DNA of 64,000 nucleotides, from the IMG/VR virus record IMGVR_UViG_3300025810_000004, positions 1 to 64,000 of that record. One strand, given 5' to 3'. A model generated the notes under the pieces. That model did no database searches, was not told where the DNA came from, and saw nothing but the letters and a program-made list of their open reading frames with translations. A program made the position numbers and the translations under genes. Position 1 is the stretch's first letter, and each line of letters starts with the position of its first letter. This DNA comes from a virus. Shown here in pieces: positions 10,078 through 21,200 of the stretch.

Positions 10078-10608
10078 ATGAAAATCCTTGTTTGCACAAT
10101 CCTGCTTATATCCGGGCCTGTCTTTGCTCAGGACGGGGGAGAGCCCCCCGCTCAGGCTGAAGAGGCAGCTCAGGTCGAGGAAGCCGCTCCAGCAGAAGCT
10201 CCCGCCGAAGAGGCTGAGGCTCCCGCCGAAGAGGCTCCCCCGGAGGAAGAAGAGGTAAAGGCTGAAGAGGTGTCCGAGGACTCGGAAGCCGTGGCCGACT
10301 CTGCTTCTCTGATTGCTCAGGCTATTCAGGACAAGAATTGGGCGCTTCTCGCAGGCATCCTTCTCAGCCTTCTGGTGGCTTTCGCCAACAGGTTCGGACT
10401 GAAGGACAAGGTGGGTGGTAAGGCTGTCCCGTGGGTCACCTCCGGCGTGGCCGTGGCTGGAGCCATCAGCGCAGCGCTTCTGGTTGGGATCCCCATCCTT
10501 GAAGCTCTGTCGCAGGGTCTTCTGGCTGGTGTCGCCGCTATCGGGGGGTGGGAAATGCTGCTCAAGCATGTTCTGGCTCCCAAGAAGTCGGAAGAGCCAG
10601 CCGCTTAA
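10078..10608 (+). CDS. Membrane protein: signal peptide, acidic A/E/P linker, holin-like multi-TM domain
   Basis: MKILVCTILLISGPVFA/Q; three hydrophobic segments ending GLLAGVAAIGGWE; motif A at 10034-10050. Confidence 0.5.
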   Translation: MKILVCTILLISGPVFAQDGGEPPAQAEEAAQVEEAAPAEAPAEEAEAPAEEAPPEEEEVKAEEVSEDSEAVADSASLIAQAIQDKNWALLAGILLSLLVAFANRFGLKDKVGGKAVPWVTSGVAVAGAISAALLVGIPILEALSQGLLAGVAAIGGWEMLLKHVLAPKKSEEPAA

Positions 10609-10620
10609 TTGAGGTAAGCT

Positions 10621-11250
10621 ATGAATCGTGATCAGTTCAACAGTCTGGGCGACAAACCCAGCATGGGAATGCACCTTCCTCACTCCGCCAAGACGACGGA
10701 AGTGAAAGGAGAGGTGTTTCTAAAGATGGTCGACTCCAGAACTGGGGAAGTGATCCACGAAGAGCACCTGCGCAACGTCATAACCCTCGATGCAAGTATA
10801 TTAGCTGCTTTGCTCCTGAGGGACCCGAGTTCCCGTTCCAACGGAGTCAACATGCTCTCCGTTGGAACGGGAGCCACTGGCGCTCTCCTGAGCCCCAACG
10901 CGCCCGACAACAGGCAGCGAAAGCTGAACGCGGAGATAGCCAGGAAGGGGTTCACCAGCACGACGTTCAGGGACGCGAGTGGGGCAGCGGTTGCCATACC
11001 CACCAACATAGTGGATTACACCTGCACCTTCGACGAAAGCGAGGCAGTGGGTCCACTCAACGAAATGGGGCTGTTGTCCACCATAAGCGACAACCCAGCC
11101 GTCACGAACCCCAACCCAGACACCTTCCCCACCAGGGACGTTACGGTTGACCTGACCCTCTACGACATCCTGTTCAATTATCTCACTTTCTCGGTGATCT
11201 CCAAACCCAACACGGCGAGGCTTTCTATTTGTTGGAGAATAAGTCACTGA
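10621..11250 (+). CDS. Tail/baseplate fibre-attachment-like protein
   Basis: N.IT...VGTG...L..EIARK...F...EA.GPL.EMGL pattern typical of tail-collar/wedge proteins. Confidence 0.55.
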   Translation: MNRDQFNSLGDKPSMGMHLPHSAKTTEVKGEVFLKMVDSRTGEVIHEEHLRNVITLDASILAALLLRDPSSRSNGVNMLSVGTGATGALLSPNAPDNRQRKLNAEIARKGFTSTTFRDASGAAVAIPTNIVDYTCTFDESEAVGPLNEMGLLSTISDNPAVTNPNPDTFPTRDVTVDLTLYDILFNYLTFSVISKPNTARLSICWRISH

Positions 11251-11324
11251 GACTTCCTACACGGTAGCAACCTCCGTTACCCTCCTGGTCCCATAAGCGG
11301 GTCAGGAGGGTAATGTGTATTTGA

Positions 11325-12329
11325 GTGGAGTATGGAATGGACATCAATTCTCTTCAGCAAGCCATGGCCCCCCTTCTGGAAATCGGCAAGTCCGAGACCC
11401 AGTTCGAAGTGGAAGGGTACGTTATCTGCATGAGGCCCCTCCTTCCTGTGGAGGAGGTTTCCGTGCAGAGGTATGCCGCCTCTATACTCGACCAAGTGCA
11501 GCAGGCTGAGGGTCTCACCAACGACGACCAAATGTCCAGGGCTGCAGCTTTGGACTACTTTGATAGGTTCCGGATAGAAGTCATATCCCACGCTGTGGTG
11601 GAGGTGAACGGCCTCAGCCTCAGGGGGATAAAGACCATAGAAACCGGAGAGGTGCTGGACAACGGCACAAAGGTGAAGGTACCGAAGCCCATAGCCATGC
11701 GCCAGATGGTCGAGAATTGGTCCAGAGCCATGCTCACCGTGTGTTTCTCCAAGTACGGGGACATGGTGAAGGAGATAGCTGACCGGGCTGAGAAGATGGT
11801 GGAAAAGTCCAACTCCGACCTCGAAGCAGAGATAGAGAGGATGGAGTCCAGACTCGAAAACCTGAAGCGGGAGAGAGGAACCAGAGCTTCTGGAGACCCA
11901 GCCATAATCTCCAATCAGGTGCAGAACCTCGTACAGGCTGGTGAAATCATGAAGAAGCAGGTCGAGGCAGCTTCTGAGCAGGTCAGGAGGCAGTCTGTAA
12001 TACCCGAATCCTCATCCCCACCAACTTCGGGTTCCCAGCCCGTGGGCTCCTTCTTCGACCCGACGGTTGAGGAGGTTGCGGACGCAGAGGTGCCCGACCT
12101 CGCTGCTGAGGCAGACAGGCTCAGCGAAGCCAGAAGGGCCGCGTTGAGCGGGAAGGACCTTATGTCTCAGGCGAAGAAGGTCGGTCAGATAGAGGGGGTA
12201 GACGCCTACAGGCTCCCCTCGGTGGACATGTCCCCCAGAGGAAAGAAGAGCAACCCCAAAAAGGACTCCAAGGTAGACAAGGCCGACCCCAGAAAAGGAA
12301 CCGAAAACCCGAATTTCAAGCCGAGATAG
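11325..12329 (+). CDS. Putative tail assembly chaperone 1
   Basis: Two genes upstream of the tape measure; helical and charged. Confidence 0.45.
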   Translation: MEYGMDINSLQQAMAPLLEIGKSETQFEVEGYVICMRPLLPVEEVSVQRYAASILDQVQQAEGLTNDDQMSRAAALDYFDRFRIEVISHAVVEVNGLSLRGIKTIETGEVLDNGTKVKVPKPIAMRQMVENWSRAMLTVCFSKYGDMVKEIADRAEKMVEKSNSDLEAEIERMESRLENLKRERGTRASGDPAIISNQVQNLVQAGEIMKKQVEAASEQVRRQSVIPESSSPPTSGSQPVGSFFDPTVEEVADAEVPDLAAEADRLSEARRAALSGKDLMSQAKKVGQIEGVDAYRLPSVDMSPRGKKSNPKKDSKVDKADPRKGTENPNFKPR

Positions 12330-12332
12330 ACT

Positions 12333-13499
12333 ATGGGGTCCGGTGAAGAAATAGACCGGGTTCAAGAGGAGCACAATTTAGCTGAGGCTGAACGAAGACG
12401 CTTTGTATACAAGGATCTCGAATCCGTGTTGTACAGGGGGTTCATAAGCTTCAGCACCCAATGGGAGGGCGTGAGCCTCAGCTTCAGAACTCCCGGAAGG
12501 GTGGCCCAGGACCTGCTCATAGACCGGGTGGAAGAAGGGTCCAAATCTTGGAAGATTTGGCTTGTCTCGACTTATCTGAGAAGCGTTGACGGCTTCTTGA
12601 TAGACGAAGACCGCAACAGCCCTTGGTTGGTATCCAAAATCTGGGCAGACAAGCTGTTGAACGTCGAACTCGACGTCCTGTGTTCTGTGTGCTTTGGACT
12701 CAAGAAGCGCATGGATAGGTGTTACAAGCTCTTGGAGGCTTATTGCCACGAGCCCTATTCCAGATACAACTGGAGAATAGGAACGAGGCCCAAGGGGGAC
12801 ACCTATGTGGGTCAGGTCTGGACCTCAATCAACAAGATAGAAGACGACCTGGACGAGGATATGAGGAATTGGACCCACACGAGAGCTGTGGTGGGTGCTA
12901 TGTCGGGGAAAGCCGCCAAGGCTCTGGCGAGATCCGAAGAAAAGTATGTCAAGTCCAGAAAGTTGAGCGCCCAGAGAACAATAGAGAAGGCCATAAACGA
13001 AGTCTTGTTCGGGGAAGTGACTCCCCCGGAACCGGAGTACATAGAGATAGGCGGGGAGAAGGTTCTCATGCCGACCATATCCCCCCAGAGTCTGGAAAGT
13101 CTCGAAGCAGAAATGGCGAGGGATATGCGGGGGGAGAAGGACCTCCACGACATTCTGGTGGAAGACTACAAGGCCAGAGCAAGAAAGCACATGGAAGACG
13201 CAAAAAGAGCGAGGGAAGAGGCAAGGGAGCGTTCCATCGAGCTTTCGCAAGAAGACAGTGGTACCATCAAAGCCTACACCCCGGAACAGATGGAACAGCT
13301 CGGAATACAAAAGGCGAACAAGCCCACCTCCGTACAGAGCACCTCAGAGGTGGACCACAGGTTCAGGGACTATCTGGACACCGAGGTCAGAATTGGGTGG
13401 ATTGGACTCAAGGGTATACCAGAGGAGGCCAACAAGCCTGTGGAAAAGTCCTCCTCTTTGCAAGACAGGCTCAACAAAAGAAAACCAACCATGGAATAG
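12333..13499 (+). CDS. Putative tail assembly chaperone 2
   Basis: Immediately precedes the tape measure gene. Confidence 0.45.
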   Translation: MGSGEEIDRVQEEHNLAEAERRRFVYKDLESVLYRGFISFSTQWEGVSLSFRTPGRVAQDLLIDRVEEGSKSWKIWLVSTYLRSVDGFLIDEDRNSPWLVSKIWADKLLNVELDVLCSVCFGLKKRMDRCYKLLEAYCHEPYSRYNWRIGTRPKGDTYVGQVWTSINKIEDDLDEDMRNWTHTRAVVGAMSGKAAKALARSEEKYVKSRKLSAQRTIEKAINEVLFGEVTPPEPEYIEIGGEKVLMPTISPQSLESLEAEMARDMRGEKDLHDILVEDYKARARKHMEDAKRAREEARERSIELSQEDSGTIKAYTPEQMEQLGIQKANKPTSVQSTSEVDHRFRDYLDTEVRIGWIGLKGIPEEANKPVEKSSSLQDRLNKRKPTME

Positions 13500-13533
13500 A
13501 AGTCCTATAAGGGTCTAAAATTGGAGGCTATTG

Positions 13534-16500
13534 ATGACGGTTAGAACCAACATAGCGTTTGACTTGTCTATCGGTGCCATAACCGGACAGACGGACCTCA
13601 CCAACGTCATAGCCGGAAGCGTTTCGGCGGGTGTGAACAACGCACTCACGGGTTCTTCCCTCCAAAAGGTGCAGGGGTCCCTGAATTCGGCATTCGCCAA
13701 AGCCTACCTGAAGGGGGCCAACGCTGGGCTGGCGAGACAGACCAGAGCCTTCAAGAAGCAGTATCAACGTGACATGGCAGCTATAGAGAAGCAGGCCAAG
13801 CTGTATCAGTCTTACAAGAAGAAGATGAAGCTTGCTGGGGACGTGGCCACCAAGAAGCGACTGCAGCTGGAAAGAGACGCCGTAGAGAGGGAAATAGCCC
13901 AGAGACAAGCAGAGCTGGACAGGAGTATCCGCAAGCGTGAGAACGCCAACGCAGAATACTTCGCCATGCTCAAGGAGTACGAGGAGCGGGCAGGTAGGTC
14001 GTTCTCTCAGAGGGCGGGGGACGCAGGCGAAAACTTCGCTTCTGCAGTTTCCTCTGGCCTGACCCTCGACGAAATGGACCCGTCCGCCCTCGTCAAAGCC
14101 GTGGGGAGTGGTATACAAAGCGCCCTACCTCATATGGCAGCGTACGGCGGCAAACTGGCTGCTCAGGGCGGCATGATGGGGTCCATCGGTTCCGCCATGG
14201 TCGCGATAGCTGGCAGCGCCGCCGCTATAGCCGGGGCGGTAGCTGCAATTGCAGCCATTGTAGCCGTGTTTGCAGCGGCATATGGTCAGACCAAAGAATT
14301 CAACAAAGCCATCCTCGAAGGGTCCAGCGGACTGGATATGATGGGGGTAGCCAGTGAAGGACTGGCTTCTGAGTTGGGTGATATCCGAAAGGCCGCCACA
14401 AACGTCACCGGGTCTTTCCGGATAGCAGCCAGCGAAGTCATAGACGTCCTCAACGGACTGAACAAAGCTGGTGTGACGTTCAACCAGATGCGTGTTGCTT
14501 TCGGAACCGTCGGTGACGCCCAGGAGGCTTATAGCAACATAGCCGCCACCACTATAACTCAGATGCAGGTGTTCGGTCAGTCGGTGGAAGCGGTGGGTTC
14601 GTCCATAAACTTCATGATCAAGGATATGGGATACGGGATGCAGTCCATCAACGACGCATTCGTAACCATGTACTCTGGTGCCAAACTCAGCGGAATGGCA
14701 GCGTCCGACTTCTACAACGCCATCAACGAGATAACCTCCGGCATGGCGAGGATGAACTTCCGGTTGGAGGACTCCGTTGAGATGCTCCTCGCCATGACAG
14801 AGATCCTCGGTGAGGATATGGCGAAAGAGATGGCAACGGCTACAGGGAAGTTCAAGCAAATGGGCTTCTTAGACAGGATGAAGATCGCCATAACCTCCAG
14901 TGAGGCCGGGAGGGGAGTCCTGTCAAGGCAGGCAGGTACGCAGGGTGAGGAACTCGCAGAGTCTATACAAGACGCCGGGAAGGCGTTCGTCATGGTGAGC
15001 CGTGGTCTGGGATACATGAAGGATGGGAAGTTGGTGCTGGAAGCCGACGCCATGGGGAAGCTCACAGGAACGGCCCTCGGAGCCCTCCAGAACGAGCTTG
15101 GTGGGGCTCTGGGCACCAGAGCCGGGGCGTACGCCGAAACGGCAAGGGGAGCCCGTTCGGAGGCCACGCTTGGGCAGAGGGCTGCGGCCATGGCGAACCT
15201 TGACGCCCAGGGTGAAATGGCCATGAGCATGGCGAGTGCTTTCGCGGTCCTCGGAGACAAGGACATAGGGAGCATGGAAGGTCTGGACCGAGCAGCGTTT
15301 GAAGAGATCACCGGGATATCCGGAAACATGTTCGAGGCTTACCAGGAGATATCCAACAGACTCGGTGCCCAGATAGAGCAGGAGAGAGGGGACGGGAGCA
15401 AAGCCACACTCAAGGATATAGCCTACGCCATAGCTGAAGGGGATATGCTTACGGATGAAGACCGAAAGGCACTCATAGCGGCTCAGGAATCCGGCAGGTC
15501 CGAAATGGAGAAGCTGGCGAGACAGCAGTTGACAGAGACCACAAGCATATCAACCAGTCTGAAGGGAAGGATAACCGCCATCCTGGAATCCATGAACGGG
15601 TTCTTGGAGGCTGTGGCCCTACTCTTGGACGTCGGTGACAACAACGAAGAAACCAGACGAGCACAGAGGAAGGCCACAGCCGCCAGACAGATATCCGAAC
15701 TTGCAATCGAGGGAGAGGGGGTGAACGAGCGGCTGGAAGCCATGCGAAAGTCTGGCGCAGATATGGAGGGCGACGAAGCTAGAGCCCTGAAACAGCGAAA
15801 AGCAGACATACAACTCGCCACAGAGGCTCTCCAGAGGTCCCAGTTGACCTTGGAGGGCAGGACGACCGAGGAGGGAGGACGAGCCCTGGAAAGGCTCTAC
15901 GGGGCGGAGATAACAGGAGAAACACTGCTCCATGGACCGTCGGATCAGGTTATCCAGTACGCTGAACCCCAGTATCTATCACTTTCAGGTGAAGCACTGG
16001 GGCCAGGCCAGACGGCGGGTCAGGTGGAGTGGGGGGTTAGCCCTGAACTTTACACCGACAACAAGACTCTGTCGCTCATAGCGGAAGACCAGGGCCGTTC
16101 CCTCATTCAGCTTGGTGACCAGACCAGTTTGCAGGAAGAAGGTAACGAGAAGCTGAAGGACATAGAAACCGCCATAAAGAGGCTTGAGAGGTCTATGAAG
16201 GGCGAGGCTGGTAGAGAAGCTCTGGCTACCCTGTCCGGCGCTATGGGTATGTCAGAGGAGGCCATCTTCGATCAGATAAAGAAAGGAACCTTCACAGCTC
16301 CCACGGGTGAAGATGTGGACCCAAACGTCCGAATGGCGGCTCAGTATCTGGAGGCCAACAGGAAACGCTTCGGTCTGGAAGACTTCATGTACCACAAGGG
16401 TCAGATCATAGACATAGACCCCAACGACCGATTCGCCATGACAAAGCCGCTGGTCAACGACGGGATGGCAAGCTCAAGAGGGGGCAACACCATGGTGGTG

Positions 16501-16575
16501 AACGTAAACGGCGGAAACCCCGCCGAGCTTATGCGGGTCCTCAGACAGTTCGCTAGAGCCAGGGGTATGGCCTGA
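13534..16575 (+). CDS. Tape measure protein
   Basis: About 1013 aa, A/G/M-rich and helical, hydrophobic AAAIAGAVAAIAAIVAVFAAA segment, C-terminal NTMVVNVNGG; motif A at 13494-13510. Confidence 0.75.
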   Translation: MTVRTNIAFDLSIGAITGQTDLTNVIAGSVSAGVNNALTGSSLQKVQGSLNSAFAKAYLKGANAGLARQTRAFKKQYQRDMAAIEKQAKLYQSYKKKMKLAGDVATKKRLQLERDAVEREIAQRQAELDRSIRKRENANAEYFAMLKEYEERAGRSFSQRAGDAGENFASAVSSGLTLDEMDPSALVKAVGSGIQSALPHMAAYGGKLAAQGGMMGSIGSAMVAIAGSAAAIAGAVAAIAAIVAVFAAAYGQTKEFNKAILEGSSGLDMMGVASEGLASELGDIRKAATNVTGSFRIAASEVIDVLNGLNKAGVTFNQMRVAFGTVGDAQEAYSNIAATTITQMQVFGQSVEAVGSSINFMIKDMGYGMQSINDAFVTMYSGAKLSGMAASDFYNAINEITSGMARMNFRLEDSVEMLLAMTEILGEDMAKEMATATGKFKQMGFLDRMKIAITSSEAGRGVLSRQAGTQGEELAESIQDAGKAFVMVSRGLGYMKDGKLVLEADAMGKLTGTALGALQNELGGALGTRAGAYAETARGARSEATLGQRAAAMANLDAQGEMAMSMASAFAVLGDKDIGSMEGLDRAAFEEITGISGNMFEAYQEISNRLGAQIEQERGDGSKATLKDIAYAIAEGDMLTDEDRKALIAAQESGRSEMEKLARQQLTETTSISTSLKGRITAILESMNGFLEAVALLLDVGDNNEETRRAQRKATAARQISELAIEGEGVNERLEAMRKSGADMEGDEARALKQRKADIQLATEALQRSQLTLEGRTTEEGGRALERLYGAEITGETLLHGPSDQVIQYAEPQYLSLSGEALGPGQTAGQVEWGVSPELYTDNKTLSLIAEDQGRSLIQLGDQTSLQEEGNEKLKDIETAIKRLERSMKGEAGREALATLSGAMGMSEEAIFDQIKKGTFTAPTGEDVDPNVRMAAQYLEANRKRFGLEDFMYHKGQIIDIDPNDRFAMTKPLVNDGMASSRGGNTMVVNVNGGNPAELMRVLRQFARARGMA

Positions 16576-17183
16576 TGCCTGTTTTCAACGGAGCATTCCC
16601 AGCTGGGGTCAACGACGAGTTCAGCGGTCGCGGGGTCCGTCCTGTGGTGTTCGACATAATAGACCCGTCCGGAGATTCCATACTCCCGGATGACCTGAAG
16701 CTCGTTCTGAAGGTCAACCCGGAGAGCATGAATATGAGCTACGCCAAGAACATAACCCGCATACAGACAAAGGGCGGGTTCGTGGAACAACACTGGGGCG
16801 AGGGGAACAGAAACATCAGTTTCTCCATGGCCACCGGGGGGTTCATGAGGCTGTACTCCGGCATGGCAAACAACACCTCACCTGAGCTTACGGGCGGCAC
16901 CCGCAGAGAAACCCTGTCCTACGAGTCGTACCTTGATATTCTGGCTTTGTTTCATAATAATGGTAGTGTGTATAGCACGGATGGACAGGTGGCACTCACC
17001 GGGAAGATCAAAGTGTCTTTCGACGGAGGAGTGTACACGGGTTGGTTCACCAACTTCACGGTGTCGGAGTCCACCGACAAACCCTATCAGTTCACCCTTA
17101 GCGCTGGATTCGAGATAAGCGAGGAGATCCAGGTTTGGAGAACCTCACTGGACTCAGACTCCACAAGTTTCTTGGGGGTATAA
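16575..17183 (+). CDS. Tail tube initiator/baseplate protein
   Basis: Follows the tape measure; VNP..M...Y......TKGG.V.Q.WGE motif. Confidence 0.6.
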   Translation: MPVFNGAFPAGVNDEFSGRGVRPVVFDIIDPSGDSILPDDLKLVLKVNPESMNMSYAKNITRIQTKGGFVEQHWGEGNRNISFSMATGGFMRLYSGMANNTSPELTGGTRRETLSYESYLDILALFHNNGSVYSTDGQVALTGKIKVSFDGGVYTGWFTNFTVSESTDKPYQFTLSAGFEISEEIQVWRTSLDSDSTSFLGV

Positions 17184-17184
17184 G

Positions 17185-18285
17185 ATGGCCGACATAGCAA
17201 GTCTGTACGATGGGCTTTTCTCTTCCCCAGGATACGAGTATTCCTACGAGCAGCAGACGGGAAAGCCTGTAGACGGAACCAGACAGCTTCCGAGACTTCT
17301 GTCTCCGTTCACCATAAGAATCGTGCTCCCGGAAATGCTGGGGGAGTCCACGGGGGTGGACGTAAACCTGATTGGTAGGGCTTCACAGTCTGCAGAAGAA
17401 AACAATTCCATGGCCAACCAGGCGAGAGCGGCGTTCGGGCTTCCGTCTGTGCAAAATGGGGGAAGCCAGCTTGTTCAGATCAGGGCCGCATATAGTGCTG
17501 GTCAGTATCTGACGGGCAACTCTTCATTGACCGAAAGAGCCGTGTTGGTGGACTCCACGACCCTGGCAGATATAAGATACCAGGTCGAAAGGGCGCTTAC
17601 CGTACCTCCTCTGACTCTTCTCGTGAACCCCACCGAGATGGCGGTGACCTATGCCTCGGTGCAGAACTCCTCGGACCTGACGAGAAAGGGTTATGTGTTC
17701 CAGCGTTGGGGTGAAGAGCAGGTGTCCATATCCTTCAGCGGGACGACCGGGGCATTCGTGGCGGGTTCCAACACCGTCCAGAGCTTTTCCCCCCAGACCA
17801 ACAGCCCCAACGGAGTGCAATTCGCCTCGAAGCGAGATTCGGCTGCGTTCCAGAATTTCGTCTCCTTGTACCAGATCTACAGGAACGCGGGGTACATATA
17901 CGACTCTATAGGCGGGAGCGCAGCACAGTTGGCTGTGGGTGCAGTGGCCATAGACTACGACCAGATGACCTATGTGGGTCACATCGAGAGCTTCGGCTAC
18001 GGATACGCGTCCGACAGCCCCCACAAGATCCAGTGGGACATGGAGTTCAAGGTGGGCAAGATGTACGACCATGCAAAGTCCCCGGTTGTGGTTCTGCCAG
18101 AGAGCAGTCCTTCTGCCTCTTTCGGATCCCTCACTCTGGAAGAAGCGGCCAGAGAGATATCGAGAACCCCTCAGCAAAGTTCGATAGGCGCGTCCGAGGG
18201 TCCCTTCAGCGTGAACGTCACCGGAACCCAGCAGTACGCCGAAACTCCTCTCCAGGCTCTTGTACCCACCGGGCTGGTAGGGTGA
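17185..18285 (+). CDS. Baseplate protein, paralog of 16575..17183
   Basis: Shares VNP..M...Y and Q.WGE....ISFS..TG.F motifs. Confidence 0.6.
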   Translation: MADIASLYDGLFSSPGYEYSYEQQTGKPVDGTRQLPRLLSPFTIRIVLPEMLGESTGVDVNLIGRASQSAEENNSMANQARAAFGLPSVQNGGSQLVQIRAAYSAGQYLTGNSSLTERAVLVDSTTLADIRYQVERALTVPPLTLLVNPTEMAVTYASVQNSSDLTRKGYVFQRWGEEQVSISFSGTTGAFVAGSNTVQSFSPQTNSPNGVQFASKRDSAAFQNFVSLYQIYRNAGYIYDSIGGSAAQLAVGAVAIDYDQMTYVGHIESFGYGYASDSPHKIQWDMEFKVGKMYDHAKSPVVVLPESSPSASFGSLTLEEAAREISRTPQQSSIGASEGPFSVNVTGTQQYAETPLQALVPTGLVG

Positions 18286-18288
18286 CGC

Positions 18289-21200
18289 ATGAGCATCAAG
18301 AACAGGCCATACGTCGGTAACTGGCAGATCAACAAGACTCTGGTCCGACATACCCCAGACGCCATAGTCTATATAAACGGGCATCCTGAATTCGTGACCT
18401 GTCCTTCTTGCAACAAGAAGTTCGACTTCAACAAGTATGTGACCTCAGTCACCTGCGACGCGGGGGTGGAACCAAGTGCCGGGGCAAGCGTCAGACTCAG
18501 CGTCCCCAAATCCGTGACTGAGGTTTTCTCCCACGACGGGAATTATGTCCTCAAGCCCGGTCTTGAGGTTACAATCTTCATGAGGGGTTACTTTCCCATG
18601 GAGGGGTATGCCCTCCTGGGGCAAGAAGAAGAGAGCGGGGACAAGACCCCCGTGTACCCCTATTATCAGACCTTCAGAGGAGTGGTCACCAATGTGAGTC
18701 ACGAATTCTCTGGGGGCTTCTACGCCATTTCGCTCAGCTGCGCGAATATGCTGCATTTCTGGGCGAACCAGTATGTCTCGACCAACGGGGCGGTCTTCGG
18801 GCCTCGACCTGATGGTTCGGGGGTGGGACCCAACCTGACGGGGCACACCTTCACCGGAAACAGCCCGTACACCATCATTTACACTCTCATGAGGATAGGG
18901 TTCGGGGCTGCGTACAATGTGGGCTGGAGCATACAGCAACGCACCAACATAGACGCGGTAGCGGAAGGTTCAGACCAGTCGCTGTACGCCCACGCAGCCG
19001 AATGGTGGGAGAAAAGGTGGAGAAACTCCTCTCTGGGACTCAGGATGTACGGGTTCGACGGGAGTCTGTTCAATCAGTTGGAGCAGTCGTATCTGGGAAT
19101 GTTCGGGTCAAGGTCCTCTGACCGGAAGTTCATCCTGTCCTACAACACCCTCCCCGACGGAACCAGCAACAACTTCAATATGACGGCGGGAAAGCAGGCC
19201 ACGGAAAAAGCCTTGGGATACAGGGCGTCCGAGACGACGGCTGCTTTCATGGACGACGACGGTTACAAGCTCGACATTATCAAAATGCAGGCTTTCACCT
19301 TCGACATGGGGAATATAGCCAAAGTCAACTTCTTCGAATCTGAGTACATGTCGAAGCTGGAGATAGCGGAGGCGGTGACGGGGATAACCGGGTTCGAATT
19401 CTACCAAGACGTAGACGGGGACATCGTTTTCAAGCCCCCGTTCTACAATCTGGACACCAGCGACGACCCAGTCTACGTGATAGAGGACAGGGACCTTATC
19501 TCGATTTCCGAAGTAGAGGCTGAACCAGAAGCCACGTACGTGAAGGCAACCGGGGGTCTGTTCGGGAACACGACCGGGGTTCTCTCTGGGGAATTCGGCA
19601 CCAAACAGTCAATGTATATCGACTGGAGACTGGTGGCAAAGTACGGTTGGAAGGAAACCTCCTTCGAGTCCCATTATCTCAACAACGCTTCACAGCTGTA
19701 CGTGAGTTCTATGTCGAGGCTCGACATAGCCAATGCGCAGTCAAGGACCGCCACCATCACCATCCCCATAAGACCCGAAATGAGGCCGGGATACCCGGTT
19801 TACGTCAGGTCCATGGACTGCTATTTCTACGTTCGGAATATCTCCCACTCCTTTTCTCCTGGGTCAGAGTGCACCACCACCCTGACCTGCATAGCCAAGA
19901 GGTCGAAGTTCCTTCCTCCTGGGAAGAAGGAAACCGAGGGGAACCTCCCCAAGCTCAGTGACGTCAAATTCGCCGGGGGCGGCGAATACGCTCCTATGCC
20001 TCTGTACGTGTATCCCAAGAACGTGGAGGGCAACGACAGAGAAGACTCCGGACCACCCCGGATAATGGGATTCCCCAACTGTGTCATGGCTCTGGACCCC
20101 AACGCGGTGAATCTGTCCACGGTGGGTGGTGGGGAGCTGGTATTCTCCCAACCAGACAACGTGTTTGAGTTCGCTCTGTCTCAGGGAGTGCTCCGACAGG
20201 ACATATACGACCCCAACGTGTACAAGCTGGCGATAGGAGAAGGCGTATACCTTGGGATTTCGAAGGACAATTTCTATTCCACCTGGGAAGGGGCATACAC
20301 CTTCCTGCAAGAGTATTCCCGGAATCCCAGCGGTGAGAATTACGAAGCTCTGATAGGGCAAGTGGGGAGTCAGGACCTGTCGAACGTCCTGATACGGGTG
20401 CTGACCAGATTCCAGGGTGCCATAGGCGAGGACGCGACCAAGAATTGGCTCGCCATACAGCGTTCTCTCAAGACCATGTACGGGTTCCCTGCGGTGACCG
20501 GGAAGTACAGGTACTTCTCGTCTTCTGCACCCCAGGCTTCCGACCAGTCCCCATCTGAGATAACCTATAACCCAGGATCCGGATTGAGCTTCGAAACCAT
20601 AGGACCACCCTCAGGCGGGGAAATAACCGTTCTGAGCGAAAATTCCAATGGGGAAGTGGAAGTAAAGAGCGGAACACCAGAAAGGGCATTCAGAGTCTAC
20701 GGGTTTACCGGACAGGACACAGCAGACTACAGGGACTTGACGACCGACCAGATACGATTCGCGTCGTTCCAGGTGATACGGTACTCCGAGACCGTCATAC
20801 TCACCCAGCCGGGTGATAGTCAAGAGGCAGCATTCCTGGTTGACAGGGACGCCTATGAAGACGCGGTGAAGAGGATACTGATCATATACGCAGAAAGCGT
20901 TCCCACAGACGAGACTGCCTCGAAAAGATTTGGTACCGGGGAGAACGGCTATGGAGGGGTGTACGCCTCCATACAGAAGTTCCAGACTGCTGTGGGCGCT
21001 ACCGGCGTGACCGACGAACAAACAGATGCCTCTACCTTGGCCAACGCTCTGGCGAAGGCTTTCAACCGTGGATACTGGAAGAAGGAGACTGTAGAGAGAA
21101 CAGGGGAATCAGACCTCGGAACTTCTGAGGGAGATATATCCACGGAGTCTGGGGACATCGATGACTCCCTCGGGTTTTCGGATCCGGACGACTTCGAAGA

